The notes under the pieces: model-generated
Told to the model about the DNA's origin: nothing
The model's input: only the letters and a program-made list of their open reading frames with translations
The model's database searches: none
Shown: one piece after another, positions 19,506-29,286 of the stretch
Layout of the letters: every line of letters starts with the position of its first letter
How positions within the stretch are numbered: position 1 is the first letter of the stretch
Position numbers and translations under genes: made by a program
From: an uncultured Verrucomicrobiae bacterium
GTDB lineage: Bacteria > Verrucomicrobiota > Verrucomicrobiia > Chthoniobacterales > JAFAMB01
Reading direction: 5' to 3'
Length of the DNA stretch: 64,000 nucleotides
Assembly (NCBI GenBank): GCA_963837955.1
Contig: CAWIPH010000002.1
Span: 2,048,001-2,112,000 of the forward strand

Positions 19506-19608
19506 AATCGGCCGTAAACGAAAATTCGTGTATAAACAAATTTCGCGTGACTTCTCCTCCTGATCTACTCAATTGCCCGTCTACTGCTTACTTTGGCGAT
19601 CAGATTCG

Positions 19609-20847
19609 ATGCGAACCATAACCCCTGCTTCTCGCTCGTTCCCTTTCACACCGGCGAACTTCTGGGGAATCGCGTTGGCTGGCTGGACGATTGCTTTTTT
19701 CGCTGTAGTTGTTCGAGCAATCGCGGCACCCCATCAAAACACCGTTTTCACGGTTTTCCGGGACGCCGGCCAAGTATGGTTACACGGCGACAGCCTTTAT
19801 TCGCAGGTCGGAAAATACCTCTATAGCCCGTTAGCAGCGGCATTCTTCTCGCTCTTTGCCTTGATGCCGGAGACCGCGGCCGTTGCTCTCTGGCGGCTTC
19901 TGATCGTAGGCGTCTATCTTTCGATTTTTATTTTGTGGCTTCGGCGTTTCGGGAAGGATCTTGTTCCTAGGGAGTCTCTTCCGGTTGGGGCGTTGTTACT
20001 GCTACCGCTGTCGATTGGAAATTTGAATAACGGGCAGGCGAGTCTGCTCGTAATCGGTCTTCTTCTCGGCGCCTGTGTTGCGATCGAAGCACGAAGGTGG
20101 ACTCTCGGTGCCTCGCTCATCGCTTTGGCGACGTATTTTAAGATTTACCCGCTGGTTATTGGATTGTTGTTCGTAGTGATCTATCCGCAACGCCTGGCGC
20201 TGCGGCTGTTTCTCGCCCTTCTCGCTCTCTGGTTGCTGTCGCTCGTCTTGCAGAACCCACAATATGTTCTGCAACAATATCGTGATTGGTTTGGTTGTCT
20301 GGGGGCCGATCAGCGTCGCGTTTCCGGGGAGCTTGGCAGCTGGCGAGATTTTTGGTTGTTGCTGCGGATTGCCCGCATACCGATCACAGTGCCGGCCTAC
20401 GCCGTGCTGCAAGCGCTGGCCGGAATTGCGATCGCAGCCTTTTGCTGGTGGGCGCGTCGAGTTGCCTGCTGGGAGGAACGTAACCTGATTTGGACCGCAT
20501 TCACCCTGGGCTGCCTCTGGATCACTCTGTTTGGCCCATCTACCGAGTTAGCCACGTACGTCTTTTTAGCTCCATCGCTGGCTTTCGTCGGGGCAGCGAC
20601 CTGGGCATCCAGCCAATCGGCGGCTCGAGTATCGGTTTCCGCTCGCGTTTGGATGGCGGTGACTTATCTATTGTTTATAGCGGCCGATGCGTTAAATGCG
20701 TGGGTCCCGGCGATTCGCCAAAACAATTATCTGCACGCAATACAGCCGATTGCCGCACTATCGTTTACTGCATTCGTTTTTGCTTGGACTCTTCAGATAG
20801 AACGACAGCGAACTCATCGCGGTCAGGATTCGCCGATTCTCGAATGA
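19609..20847 (+). CDS. GT87 (DUF2029) family glycosyltransferase
   Basis: YLYSPL.A..F, NLNNGQ and FKIYP motifs; polytopic membrane protein. Confidence 0.85.
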   Translation: MRTITPASRSFPFTPANFWGIALAGWTIAFFAVVVRAIAAPHQNTVFTVFRDAGQVWLHGDSLYSQVGKYLYSPLAAAFFSLFALMPETAAVALWRLLIVGVYLSIFILWLRRFGKDLVPRESLPVGALLLLPLSIGNLNNGQASLLVIGLLLGACVAIEARRWTLGASLIALATYFKIYPLVIGLLFVVIYPQRLALRLFLALLALWLLSLVLQNPQYVLQQYRDWFGCLGADQRRVSGELGSWRDFWLLLRIARIPITVPAYAVLQALAGIAIAAFCWWARRVACWEERNLIWTAFTLGCLWITLFGPSTELATYVFLAPSLAFVGAATWASSQSAARVSVSARVWMAVTYLLFIAADALNAWVPAIRQNNYLHAIQPIAALSFTAFVFAWTLQIERQRTHRGQDSPILE

Positions 20848-22349
20848 AAATAACCGCCTTGCTTTACTCGCGATTGTTCTGGGTGATCGTCGCGGTTTTG
20901 GTGGTTACCCTTTACCGCTTATGGTATTGCACACATCTCGAATTGGTGGGGGACGAAGCCTACTACTGGCTCTGGTCGAGGCATCTCGATATCTGCTATC
21001 TCGATAAGGGGCCGGTTATCGCGTGGATTATTGCGGTTGGCACCGCCTTGTCTGGGCAAACCGTATTCGGAGTTCGTTTTTTTGCTGTCATCCTTTCCAG
21101 TGCTACCGGGATTGGTATCTACTTGCTGGCGAGACGCCTGTTCTGCGACCGCGTCGCGCTCTGGGCGTTGATTATGGCGGGAATCGCACCGCTCTTCGCG
21201 GTCGGAGCGATTCTGATGACCATTGATACGCCTTATGTATTCTTTTGGACGTTTGCCGCGCTCGCTTTTTGGTGGGCCAAAGACACCACCCGATTAGGTC
21301 CATGGATTCTTGCCGGAGCCTTGGTTGGTCTTGGCATGTTGTCGAAATACACCGGTGCGTTCGAGCTGATTTCTTTCGCGATATTTTGTCTTTGGCATGC
21401 TCCTAGTCGCAAAAACCTTGTCCGAGGTGGTTTCTGGACAATGCTCTTGGTCGCTGCACTTTTTTTACTCCCGGTGCTCTATTGGAATTGGATACACCAA
21501 TGGCCAACGACCCGCTTCCTTTTCCACCGCGGAGCATTGGATGAGCAAGCCCACATTAAGCCGGGCAACGCGATCGTCTTCCTGGCCGGACAAGCCGGAG
21601 TTATCTCTCCGTTACTTTTTATTGGCTTGATCCTGGTTGTTTGCTGGCCGGGCTTAGCCAAAATGAAAGAACGTACCGAAGTTACCTATTTGCTGACTTT
21701 GTTTGCCCCTTTATTCCTGTTTTACCTTCTCATCAGTTTCCAACAGACCAGCCAAGCTAATTGGGCTGCGGCTGCTTACGTGGGTGGCCTCATTCTGTTG
21801 GCTGCCAAATGGAACAACCTCGCAGCGAAATTTGCGTGGGCCCGCTGGCTGGGAATCGCCGGACTGACCATCGCCTTGATTGAAACCGTCGCCCTCCACG
21901 AAACAAGTTGGCTGCACTTACCAGCAGGCAAAGATCCGTTGGATCGCGCCCGGGGCTCACGAGATTTGGCTGCACAAATAGACGCTCTCGAAACGAAGAC
22001 CAGCGTGAATGTTATTATCGCTAACAAATACATGACCGCTGCGCTCCTTTCCTTTTATTTGCCCGGCCAGCCCACCACTTTCATGCCGGTTTCAAGCGCG
22101 CCGTACAATCAGATCTTGCTCTGGCCCGATTATCGGGAACTTCGACCGAAGGATGATGCCCTCTTCGTTTCGGATTTCGATCGGCTGGTACCTTCTCTGC
22201 AAGAGGATTTTCCAAGTATCGAACGGCTCGGCGAGATTGTTGCCAGGGAGAATGGTCGTAAGATCAAAACTTTTTATGTTTTTCTTTGCCGGCGAACCCA
22301 CGGCGTTGGGGCCGTTGGGAAGGAGGGAGAAGTGATTAGTGATTGGTGA
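20844..22349 (+). CDS. ArnT/PMT_2 (GT39/GT83-type) glycosyltransferase
   Basis: DEAYYWLWSRHLD..Y.DKGP, MTIDTP, GLGMLSKYT. Start ATG 20844 overlaps the upstream stop. Confidence 0.88.
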   Translation: MKITALLYSRLFWVIVAVLVVTLYRLWYCTHLELVGDEAYYWLWSRHLDICYLDKGPVIAWIIAVGTALSGQTVFGVRFFAVILSSATGIGIYLLARRLFCDRVALWALIMAGIAPLFAVGAILMTIDTPYVFFWTFAALAFWWAKDTTRLGPWILAGALVGLGMLSKYTGAFELISFAIFCLWHAPSRKNLVRGGFWTMLLVAALFLLPVLYWNWIHQWPTTRFLFHRGALDEQAHIKPGNAIVFLAGQAGVISPLLFIGLILVVCWPGLAKMKERTEVTYLLTLFAPLFLFYLLISFQQTSQANWAAAAYVGGLILLAAKWNNLAAKFAWARWLGIAGLTIALIETVALHETSWLHLPAGKDPLDRARGSRDLAAQIDALETKTSVNVIIANKYMTAALLSFYLPGQPTTFMPVSSAPYNQILLWPDYRELRPKDDALFVSDFDRLVPSLQEDFPSIERLGEIVARENGRKIKTFYVFLCRRTHGVGAVGKEGEVISDW

Positions 22350-22469
22350 GAAGTGATTAGTGATATGAGTGCAACGAAATCATACCCCGATTAGAGAGTT
22401 TACCAGAAGGTTAACTAATGAGCCCACGTCTTACCTCTCACTTTTCACCAATCACTAATCACTTCTCCC
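22325..22469. mobile_element. 32-bp inverted-repeat shell with a degenerate four-helix-bundle (23S rRNA IVP-like) gene start
   Basis: GGGAGAAGTGATTAGTGATTGGTGAGAAGTGA (22325-22356) pairs with 22438-22469 (1 mismatch). Interior reads MSATKSY..LE/VYQK across a frameshift. Confidence 0.6.
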
Positions 22470-22500
22470 GTTCGGTTACGGTCCACCGCTTTTCCTCACT

Positions 22501-24306
22501 GTGGTAGAACTTCGGACACAACCTCTGCCGATTAATCGGATCGTCGACCAGATCGTTTCCCGTCCGACCTGGTTACAGATCCTGACCCTCATCATTCTTA
22601 TTTGGGCGGGGATATATCTGCCCGGCCTGGGATCGGTGGAGTTGAAGCACGAGGAACCGCGTCGCGCGCTCCCTGCGGTTCACATGCTTGCGTCAGGCGA
22701 CTGGCTGGTGCCGCGCGTGGGCGGTACGCCTTTTTTGCGTAAGCCGCCGATGTTGCAATGGCTCATCGCTCTGAGCTTTCTAACTACCGGGACGCAGTCA
22801 GAATGGGCCGTCCGGCTTCCTTCCGCCTTAGCGATTCTTGCTTTGGCACTGGCTATCGGAAGAATCGGCGGTTCCTGGCTAGGACTCCAAGCGGGTCTGT
22901 TCGCGGCTATTTTGTTTCTCACGAACCTTGCCATTTTGGAAACCGGGCGGCTCGCTGAGTTGGAAGCAGTTTATATAGCCTCTACTGGAATCGGCCTGCT
23001 GATCTGGATTGCAGAATGGATGCGGGGGGCGCGAGGATGGCGGCTCTGGATCTTGCCGGCAATCTTTCTCTCGATCGGAATGCTGACGAAAGGACCGACC
23101 CACCTCATCTTCTTTTACGGAGTTGTGCTTTCGACTCTGTTTTTTGCGAAAGATCTTCGCATCTTAGTTCATCCCGCACATTGGTGCGCGCTTGCGCTGA
23201 TCATCGGTTTGTTTGGTGCCTGGGCGATTCCCTGTTCGTTTGCAGTCGGCGAGCACGATCCGATAGCGGTTTGGAAATTTTGGATCTATCAGATCACTTC
23301 GCGCGCTTCTGGATCTGAAACGAGCCATTTTCACTTGGCGTCTTGGTTACTGAGTTTTCCCAACACTCTAAAGAATTTTTTGCCCTGGACACCATTGTTA
23401 CTTTTTCTTTGGCCGGGAGGGCGCGCAACCTGTCCGACAAAGCCTTCTGAAGGCAGCGCGCACTCTACTCAAGCACTTGGCGAAGTCGAATCCGCGTGCG
23501 CCGCCGATTACGACAATGCATTGCCGGAAGCTCGAAAAGAGGCTTGGTTCCGAGGAGCGAGGTTGGGGATGGTTGTAACCTGTGTGCTAATGTCTCTGTT
23601 GCCCGGCGGCTCACCCCGCTATCTTTATCCTTTATTTGTTGTGCCGTGTCTTCTACTGGCGCAGGTACTGTTTGTAGATCGGCCGGCAGGGGCGCGCCCT
23701 CGCGCGTCCGTTTCATTCGGCCCGGGAACCCTGCAGTTCTGGAGAGTAGCCAACCTGCTCCTATTAGTAATCGCTGGTGTTGCAATCTTAGCGGTGCCGT
23801 TTTTTGCAGGATTGAACCTGGCGATTTTGGGCGGTCTGTTTGTTTGCGCGCTCCTTTTCTTATCCGGGTTGATCGCTGGCCGGGTGAGCTTTGGGGATTT
23901 TACCTCATCGGGCGCAATCCTGCGACAGGCATTAACAACGGCGGCGGTCTTCGTGATTGCGATGCTCATCTATTCGATCGCCATCGTTCCGCGGGTAAAT
24001 TCATTGAGCTACGGTGCACGAGAAGTAGCTGGCAGTATCCGGACCAAGCTTCCTCCGGACGCCGTGCTTTGGATTCAAGAGGATGAATTCCGGCCGTTCT
24101 GGTACTACTTGGAACCGAAGGTACGATATTTCTCAAGGACAGACGAGATCTCTCCTGATGCCCATTATGTCCTCTTACCGAAACAGCGGAAGTTCATGGA
24201 AGACCCTGGGTGGGGGAGTACGCTTTTCCAGAGATTGTCGGAGATCGTTGACAATGAGAAGAAGGTATTCGTGCTACTGGAGAGACGACCGGAAAATGAC
24301 AAATAA
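22501..24306 (+). CDS. ArnT-like (4-amino-4-deoxy-L-arabinose transferase family) glycosyltransferase
   Basis: EEPRRA...M..SGDWLVP......KPP...W, RLPSAL, GMLTKGP. Confidence 0.88.
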   Translation: MVELRTQPLPINRIVDQIVSRPTWLQILTLIILIWAGIYLPGLGSVELKHEEPRRALPAVHMLASGDWLVPRVGGTPFLRKPPMLQWLIALSFLTTGTQSEWAVRLPSALAILALALAIGRIGGSWLGLQAGLFAAILFLTNLAILETGRLAELEAVYIASTGIGLLIWIAEWMRGARGWRLWILPAIFLSIGMLTKGPTHLIFFYGVVLSTLFFAKDLRILVHPAHWCALALIIGLFGAWAIPCSFAVGEHDPIAVWKFWIYQITSRASGSETSHFHLASWLLSFPNTLKNFLPWTPLLLFLWPGGRATCPTKPSEGSAHSTQALGEVESACAADYDNALPEARKEAWFRGARLGMVVTCVLMSLLPGGSPRYLYPLFVVPCLLLAQVLFVDRPAGARPRASVSFGPGTLQFWRVANLLLLVIAGVAILAVPFFAGLNLAILGGLFVCALLFLSGLIAGRVSFGDFTSSGAILRQALTTAAVFVIAMLIYSIAIVPRVNSLSYGAREVAGSIRTKLPPDAVLWIQEDEFRPFWYYLEPKVRYFSRTDEISPDAHYVLLPKQRKFMEDPGWGSTLFQRLSEIVDNEKKVFVLLERRPENDK

Positions 24307-24313
24307 CAGAGAG

Positions 24314-24498
24314 GAATAATCCGCAGATTTCACCGATTACGCAGATTACCCTGAAATCATTGGAGCGGCGCCTGAGGTCGACAAACATCTATTTTGGATC
24401 GAGAAGCTTAGAGCACAGGCAAGTTGCTTTGCCAATTAATGCCCATATGGAACTCAAAGAAAATAATCTGCGTAATCGGTGAAATCTGCGGATTATTC
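24314..24498. mobile_element. Perfect 35-bp inverted-repeat shell with a GxxExxY gene remnant
   Basis: GAATAATCCGCAGATTTCACCGATTACGCAGATTA (24314-24348) is the reverse complement of 24464-24498. Interior reads EIIGAAPEVDKHL and, in another frame, LEHRQVALPI. Confidence 0.7.
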
Positions 24499-24593
24499 TC
24501 TTTGAAGTCATTCGAAAATATGCGGAGAACGATCAAGGTTTGCAGGTTTAGCTTTTTATTAGCTTTGAGGATAGCTTCTAGGCGCTCACACTC

Positions 24594-25358
24594 ATGAGCC
24601 AATCGATATCTCCGGATTCGCCGGCCGGGAATAAGGTTCCAGATTTCAGTGTCGTTATTCCGTTCTTCAATGAAGAGGGCAACGTCGGTCCGGTGCTACA
24701 AGAGCTTCGTGAGGTCCTGGAAAAGCAGTCGCCCAGCTACGAAGTGGTCCTGGTCGATGACGGTAGCGTAGATGGCACCGCGGTTCAGCTCAAACAGCAG
24801 GTCGCGAACTGGCCCCGTGCCCGGGTTCTCCAGCTCGGTCGGAATTGCGGACAGGCGGGAGCGCTCCTCGCGGGAATGAGCTCCGCCGAAGGAGAGAACA
24901 TTGTCCTGCTAGATGGTGACGGCCAAAACGACCCGCGCGATATCGAGAAAGCGCTACTTCTCCTCGACCGGTACGATATGGTCATGGGACACCGGGTTAA
25001 TCGTCACGACACTTTGATGCGCAGATTGATGTCCGGTATCGGCAATTCCGTTCGCCGTCTTTTTACAAAAGACGGGGTCTCCGACGCAGGGTGCGGTCTG
25101 AAAGTCTTTCGTCGAGAAGTGTTAGACGCCTTCATACCGATCCGGACGCTTTATTCTTTTATGCCCGCGCTGGCCAAAGCGGCCGGCTTCTCGATCGGTG
25201 AGATTCCGGTCAACCATCGTCCTCGCCGTTCTGGAACCCCAAAATATAACCTGCGCGTTTTCCTGTGGCGCCCTGCGGTCGACCTGCTCGGAGTCTGGTG
25301 GTTTTCAAGTCGCCGATGCCCGCGGAGCGAGGTCAGAGGAATGACAGATGACAAATGA
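24594..25358 (+). CDS. GT2 polyprenol-phosphate glycosyltransferase (ArnC/DPM-like)
   Basis: SVVIPFFNEE, VDDGSVDGT, LDGDGQNDP, DAGCGLKVFR, VNHRPR. Confidence 0.92.
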   Translation: MSQSISPDSPAGNKVPDFSVVIPFFNEEGNVGPVLQELREVLEKQSPSYEVVLVDDGSVDGTAVQLKQQVANWPRARVLQLGRNCGQAGALLAGMSSAEGENIVLLDGDGQNDPRDIEKALLLLDRYDMVMGHRVNRHDTLMRRLMSGIGNSVRRLFTKDGVSDAGCGLKVFRREVLDAFIPIRTLYSFMPALAKAAGFSIGEIPVNHRPRRSGTPKYNLRVFLWRPAVDLLGVWWFSSRRCPRSEVRGMTDDK

Positions 25359-25394
25359 CAAATGACAAATGGGCTTGCGAGAACCCGCCCGCGA

Positions 25395-25582
25395 TTGGTA
25401 GGGCGAAGACTTCGGCGCGTGGAGAACGACGTAGTTTCTGTGCGTGGTTCGCGCCGAGTTTGAGCCGCGTGTGGGAGCAATCTTTCTCGTCGCCGGATTA
25501 TACGGTAGCGGTACCTTGGGTGAGGCGCGGCTCAAGCCGATCCGGCGCCTGCCGGATCAGGCTTTCGCCCTACCGATCTTGG
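25395..25582. repeat. REP/MITE family GGTAGGGCGAAAGCCTGATCCGGCAGGCGCCGGATCGGCTTGAGCCG
   Basis: Inverted copy at 25528-25582 matches 31715-31770; a degenerate left arm lies at ~25395-25470. Confidence 0.8.
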
Positions 25583-25593
25583 GCGTCAACTCG

Positions 25594-26232
25594 CTATTGG
25601 CTATTGGCTATTTCCTTTGGCCGGCTCAAGCTACCCTCTACGCGGGAGGAGATCTGGATCAGTTGAGCCAGGGAATCGACCTTCATCTTTTTCATCACGC
25701 GGCCTCGATGAATCTTGACGGTTTGTTCGGCGATACCCAAGGCTGCACCGATCTGCTTGTTTAACATTCCTGCGGTGATGCCAATCAACACATCCCGTTC
25801 GCGTGACGTTAGACTGGCCAGCCGCGATTTTACTTCAGTCGTCTCTAAGCTTCGGCTATAGCGCTTGTTTGAGCGCGTCAATGCTCTTTCAACGCCAGTC
25901 AACAGTTCCTCGTGCGTAAAGGGTTTAGCGAGAAAATCGACGGCGCCTGCCCGAAAAGCCTGGGTGCACGTCGCGATATCACCATGACCGCTCATGAAAA
26001 TTATCTCGGTGTCGCGTCCGTCTTCTCTACACCTTTTTTGAAGATCAATGCCGTTCATTCCTGGCAACCAGAGGTCGAGCACAAGGCAGGAGGGTCCGGA
26101 AGGAGATTGATAGGCGAGAAATCGCTCGGCCGAATCGAAGTCTTGCACGTCGTAACCTGCGCTCGCGAGTAGGTGAGCAACGGTCCTTCGCACAGGCAGC
26201 TCATCATCGATCACGAAGATCGTCTGTTTCAT
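25594..26232 (-). CDS. FixJ/NodW (TodT/StyR-like) response regulator
   Basis: IDD...CLVLDLWLPGMNG, MSGHGDI, DFLAKPF, LTSRE...GMLNKQI...TVKIHRGRVMKKM. Confidence 0.93.
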   Translation of the reverse strand: MKQTIFVIDDELPVRRTVAHLLASAGYDVQDFDSAERFLAYQSPSGPSCLVLDLWLPGMNGIDLQKRCREDGRDTEIIFMSGHGDIATCTQAFRAGAVDFLAKPFTHEELLTGVERALTRSNKRYSRSLETTEVKSRLASLTSRERDVLIGITAGMLNKQIGAALGIAEQTVKIHRGRVMKKMKVDSLAQLIQISSRVEGSLSRPKEIANSQ

Positions 26233-26512
26233 AGTCCTCCCCCGGATTTGTCATCAGCGGATAAAAAAGGGATCCGCCTCCCACCACGTTCCCAGATCTA
26301 CCTCCGTGTGCTTCAACGAGTGCTCTTGCCAACCGCTCATTGTCCTATTTTTTACGAGCGACTGTTTAAATACTATAATTACTGTAGTAAAGACAATTAT
26401 TATAACTGAATTTTTCGAAGCATCTGTTCTGAACTTGGAGGGAGAGCTAAGTAACTGCGTGCGAGGAATTAGCCCGAAGCTATCGCGTCAGCCGCGGAAC
26501 GTGGATCGGCCG

Positions 26513-26535
26513 TAATACCTTGGTACTACTTGACA
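26513..26535. promoter_or_regulatory. 16-bp palindromic operator TAATAC-CTTG-GTACTA followed by TTGACA
   Basis: Same motif at 30689, 30705, 30786, 36401, 36417 and 36922. Confidence 0.6.
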
Positions 26536-26689
26536 ATAGATAGATCCAAGACCGCGATCCATGGCCATCGGAAAGGCAAAGTTGGCACCGAAGAGCCTGA
26601 AGAAAGGCTTTCTTTAAGAATCCGCCGGCGAACGTGCCGGTCGAGATGGGCCCTTGAGTCCATGCAGGCCACAAGATGTTTGCAAATCG

Positions 26690-26960
26690 CGAAGAGACGC
26701 AAATTGCACGAATGGGTCCCGTTTGTCGTTCAATAAAAAAGACGCCGGCTCGGCAACCTCGAATTAGACGCGAAAGGACACGAATGGGTCTCGCCTTAGT
26801 TCGCGTCCATTAGTATCCATTCGCGGTTCAGTAAGAAGACGCGAGGCTCGACAACCACGAATAGACGCGAATGCATCCGCCGTCGTCGCTTGGCGGTCGC
26901 CCGACTAGGACGGACAGGCACGAATGAGACCTTCATGAATTGCGTCCATTAGTGGTTCAC
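26690..26960. repeat. Degenerate nested inverted repeats (ACGCGAAT/ACACGAAT ... ATTCGCGT units)
   Basis: Repeated AGACGCGAA..GACACGAATGG and TTCGCGTCCATT motifs; related units at ~19310-19365. Confidence 0.6.
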
Positions 26961-26984
26961 TAAAGAGACGCCAAGCCTCTGATG

Positions 26985-27315
26985 CTGCGGTTCTTCACGG
27001 GTTCACCATTTTCTTGAGTTTACCTCTTTGAGAATCTGGATCTGCACCGCCTGATCCGCGATAATCTGCTTTAGTCGCGTGTTCTCGCCTTCCAGTGACC
27101 GCAGTCGACGCGCGTCGTCGACCTCGATCCTGCCAAACTTTCTTTTCCAAACATAGTAAGTCGCTTCGCTGATGTTATGCTTCGCGCACGCCGTCCTGAC
27201 CGTTGTGGTCTCGGCTTCTTTCAGCACACCGATGATTTGCTCTTCGCTAAATCGACTCTTCCTCATTCTTTCGGCTTTCTCCCATCGGGCCGTACTGCAG
27301 TTTTCGTATGTTCAG
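26985..27315 (-). mobile_element. Truncated IS3-family element (OrfA at 27003-27266 only)
   Basis: MRKSRFSEEQIIGVLKEAE...HNISEATYYVWKRKFG...LRSLEGENTRLKQ ending AAAATGGTGA. No OrfB/DDE domain follows. Confidence 0.85.
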
Positions 27316-27738
27316 GTTAGAACGCCCCCCGCAATTATTCCCAGCCTCCAGCCAACAATAAAAGCGCTCTGGAGGTCTTCATATCCAACAGAGCGCTTCT
27401 GCGCCCCTCGTCCGAATTTCTGTAACCCTATTAAATGAGCTTCAGCCGAAACGTGAACTTCTAATCCGGTTTGGGTTTCGCACTCGCAACGTTCCGATCT
27501 GGCAGTCGACTAACGGAGTAGCTCAATGCCCCGCCGGATTCGCCCAGCTCCTAAACCGCGTGGCTTATTCTGCCGGTCTAAAGCGGTCCGACGGTTGGGG
27601 AGTTCAAAATTAGGTCTCTCTGTTTCCTCCGTTATCTCCTGTTTAGAAAAATATCTGGGACCGTGCGGTGTCGTTCCACGACGGTGATTCTTAGTGATTC
27701 AAAGCCACCGGTTTGGTGAAAACATCAGATCCGTGATG

Positions 27739-29235
27739 TTAGCGGGCGAGAGCCACCGTTTGTGAGGTGATGGTCTTTTTGTGATTGGAGACAGACATCA
27801 GCTTTTCCAAAGCCTCCATTTTAGCGGCCAGCTTGCTCGTCTGCGCTTTCATTTGAGCGTTTTCTGCCTCGAGCGCAGCCATCTTGTTGGCTTGCGTATT
27901 CAGTCGGTCATTCTCCGCTTCGAGGGCTTCGACCTTCTTCGCAAGTTCCTGAGTGGCGCTCACATTGAGCATCGCGATGGCATCGTAATCCACGCTCTTC
28001 AGATCCAGGCATTGCTTGCCGTAAACGAACACTTTATCGCCGAGCGCTTCTTTGGTCGTGACCGTGAACGTTTTGTCATCCACCACATGAGCCACGACAT
28101 TGAGTTCGGGATTCTTCGCCGTGATCAAACGAACCGTCTCGCCATCTTTCAGGCCATGGGTTTTGGCCAGGCTGATGGTGAAGGCATTCTGCCCGTCGGA
28201 CTTTACAGAGCTGGACACCGCATAGATATCGGGCGTGAACGTAACCCCCTTGTAACCAATCGTCTTGATGGCTGTCGGATAGACCTCTTCCACCTGTTGC
28301 GCGATTACCTTTTTGCAACGCCCGTCGCCTTGTTGGACAACATCCTTCATGGTGTAGTCGGTGATCTCAATTTTCTTGAGCGTCTCCAGATCCTTCGCAC
28401 TATCCGAGTGGCCAATGATATTCTTCAGACGCGCGTCGGAAGCCGTGAGGGGTCCGCTGTAGCTAAGGACTGCGCCGCCAGACCAGATGGCGTTTGCGAA
28501 GATCGCTGACGCTACGTTAGTTCCGGTGACGCCGGTGCCGTGGACCAGAGTAGATGTGCTATTGAAGGTGAAAAATGACTGGGTAACATTGGTCTCTTGA
28601 AAGTTGCTGGATCCCGCTACGTACAACGGCGCAAAAGGCGTCGTTGTACCGATGCCTAGGTTCCCCTTTTCGTCGATGCGCATGACTTCACGCCCGCCGG
28701 TGCCGCCCGCCGTAACAAATGCCATGGCCGTCAAGGGAGTGCCTCCGGTGAAGCCACGATGAATCGCCCGCCAGCCGGTCTCGTTGCCGTCTGCGGCACC
28801 TGCGCCTCCCGGGAGTGATTGCATCACATATCCGCCCATAATATCCTCCGGATTCAAGGTAGAGTTGTTGTCGATAACCAGATTTACAAACGGGAGGGCG
28901 CCGGGTGTCAGCGGTGATGCTTTGGTTTCGACGAGGATATACGCATCCCGTAGGATTGAGCCGTTAGCTAAAAGATGCAGCTTCGAGATAGGCGCAGTTG
29001 TCCCAATCCCGGTAAATCCCTGGATGATCACACCGTTGGCTGGAGCTGCGACGTTAAAGGTGCTGTCGCCCACGGCGATGCCGCCGCTCGCGGTGGTACC
29101 ATTGACGGTGAGTTTGGCTTGGGGATTGGAAATCCCGATCCCAACATTCTGCGCTGCGGCACTCGATACGAAAAGTAACGTCGCGGAAGCACAAGCCGCA
29201 AATAGCGGCCGGCTAATATAATTTAGTGTTTTCAT
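27739..29235 (-). CDS. Secreted tail-fibre-like protein with C-terminal Peptidase_S74 intramolecular chaperone and coiled coil (paralog A)
   Basis: Signal peptide ending AAA|QNVGIG; GIGTT.P repeats; TASDARLK autocleavage motif; IAQQVE, VDYDAIAMLNVSATQEL, coiled coil. Confidence 0.85.
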   Translation of the reverse strand: MKTLNYISRPLFAACASATLLFVSSAAAQNVGIGISNPQAKLTVNGTTASGGIAVGDSTFNVAAPANGVIIQGFTGIGTTAPISKLHLLANGSILRDAYILVETKASPLTPGALPFVNLVIDNNSTLNPEDIMGGYVMQSLPGGAGAADGNETGWRAIHRGFTGGTPLTAMAFVTAGGTGGREVMRIDEKGNLGIGTTTPFAPLYVAGSSNFQETNVTQSFFTFNSTSTLVHGTGVTGTNVASAIFANAIWSGGAVLSYSGPLTASDARLKNIIGHSDSAKDLETLKKIEITDYTMKDVVQQGDGRCKKVIAQQVEEVYPTAIKTIGYKGVTFTPDIYAVSSSVKSDGQNAFTISLAKTHGLKDGETVRLITAKNPELNVVAHVVDDKTFTVTTKEALGDKVFVYGKQCLDLKSVDYDAIAMLNVSATQELAKKVEALEAENDRLNTQANKMAALEAENAQMKAQTSKLAAKMEALEKLMSVSNHKKTITSQTVALAR

Positions 29236-29286
29236 GGGTATTGTTTTGAGACGAAACCACGCCCCGAAAACATCCGATCCGTGATG

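Noticed and set aside
20490..20843. Extended N-termini from the ORF track (e.g. 20490, 2154, 9366, 14086, 38942, 40991, 43266, 63262)
   Set aside because: They overlap neighbouring genes or lack homology. Downstream ATG/GTG starts fit the family N-termini and gene coupling.
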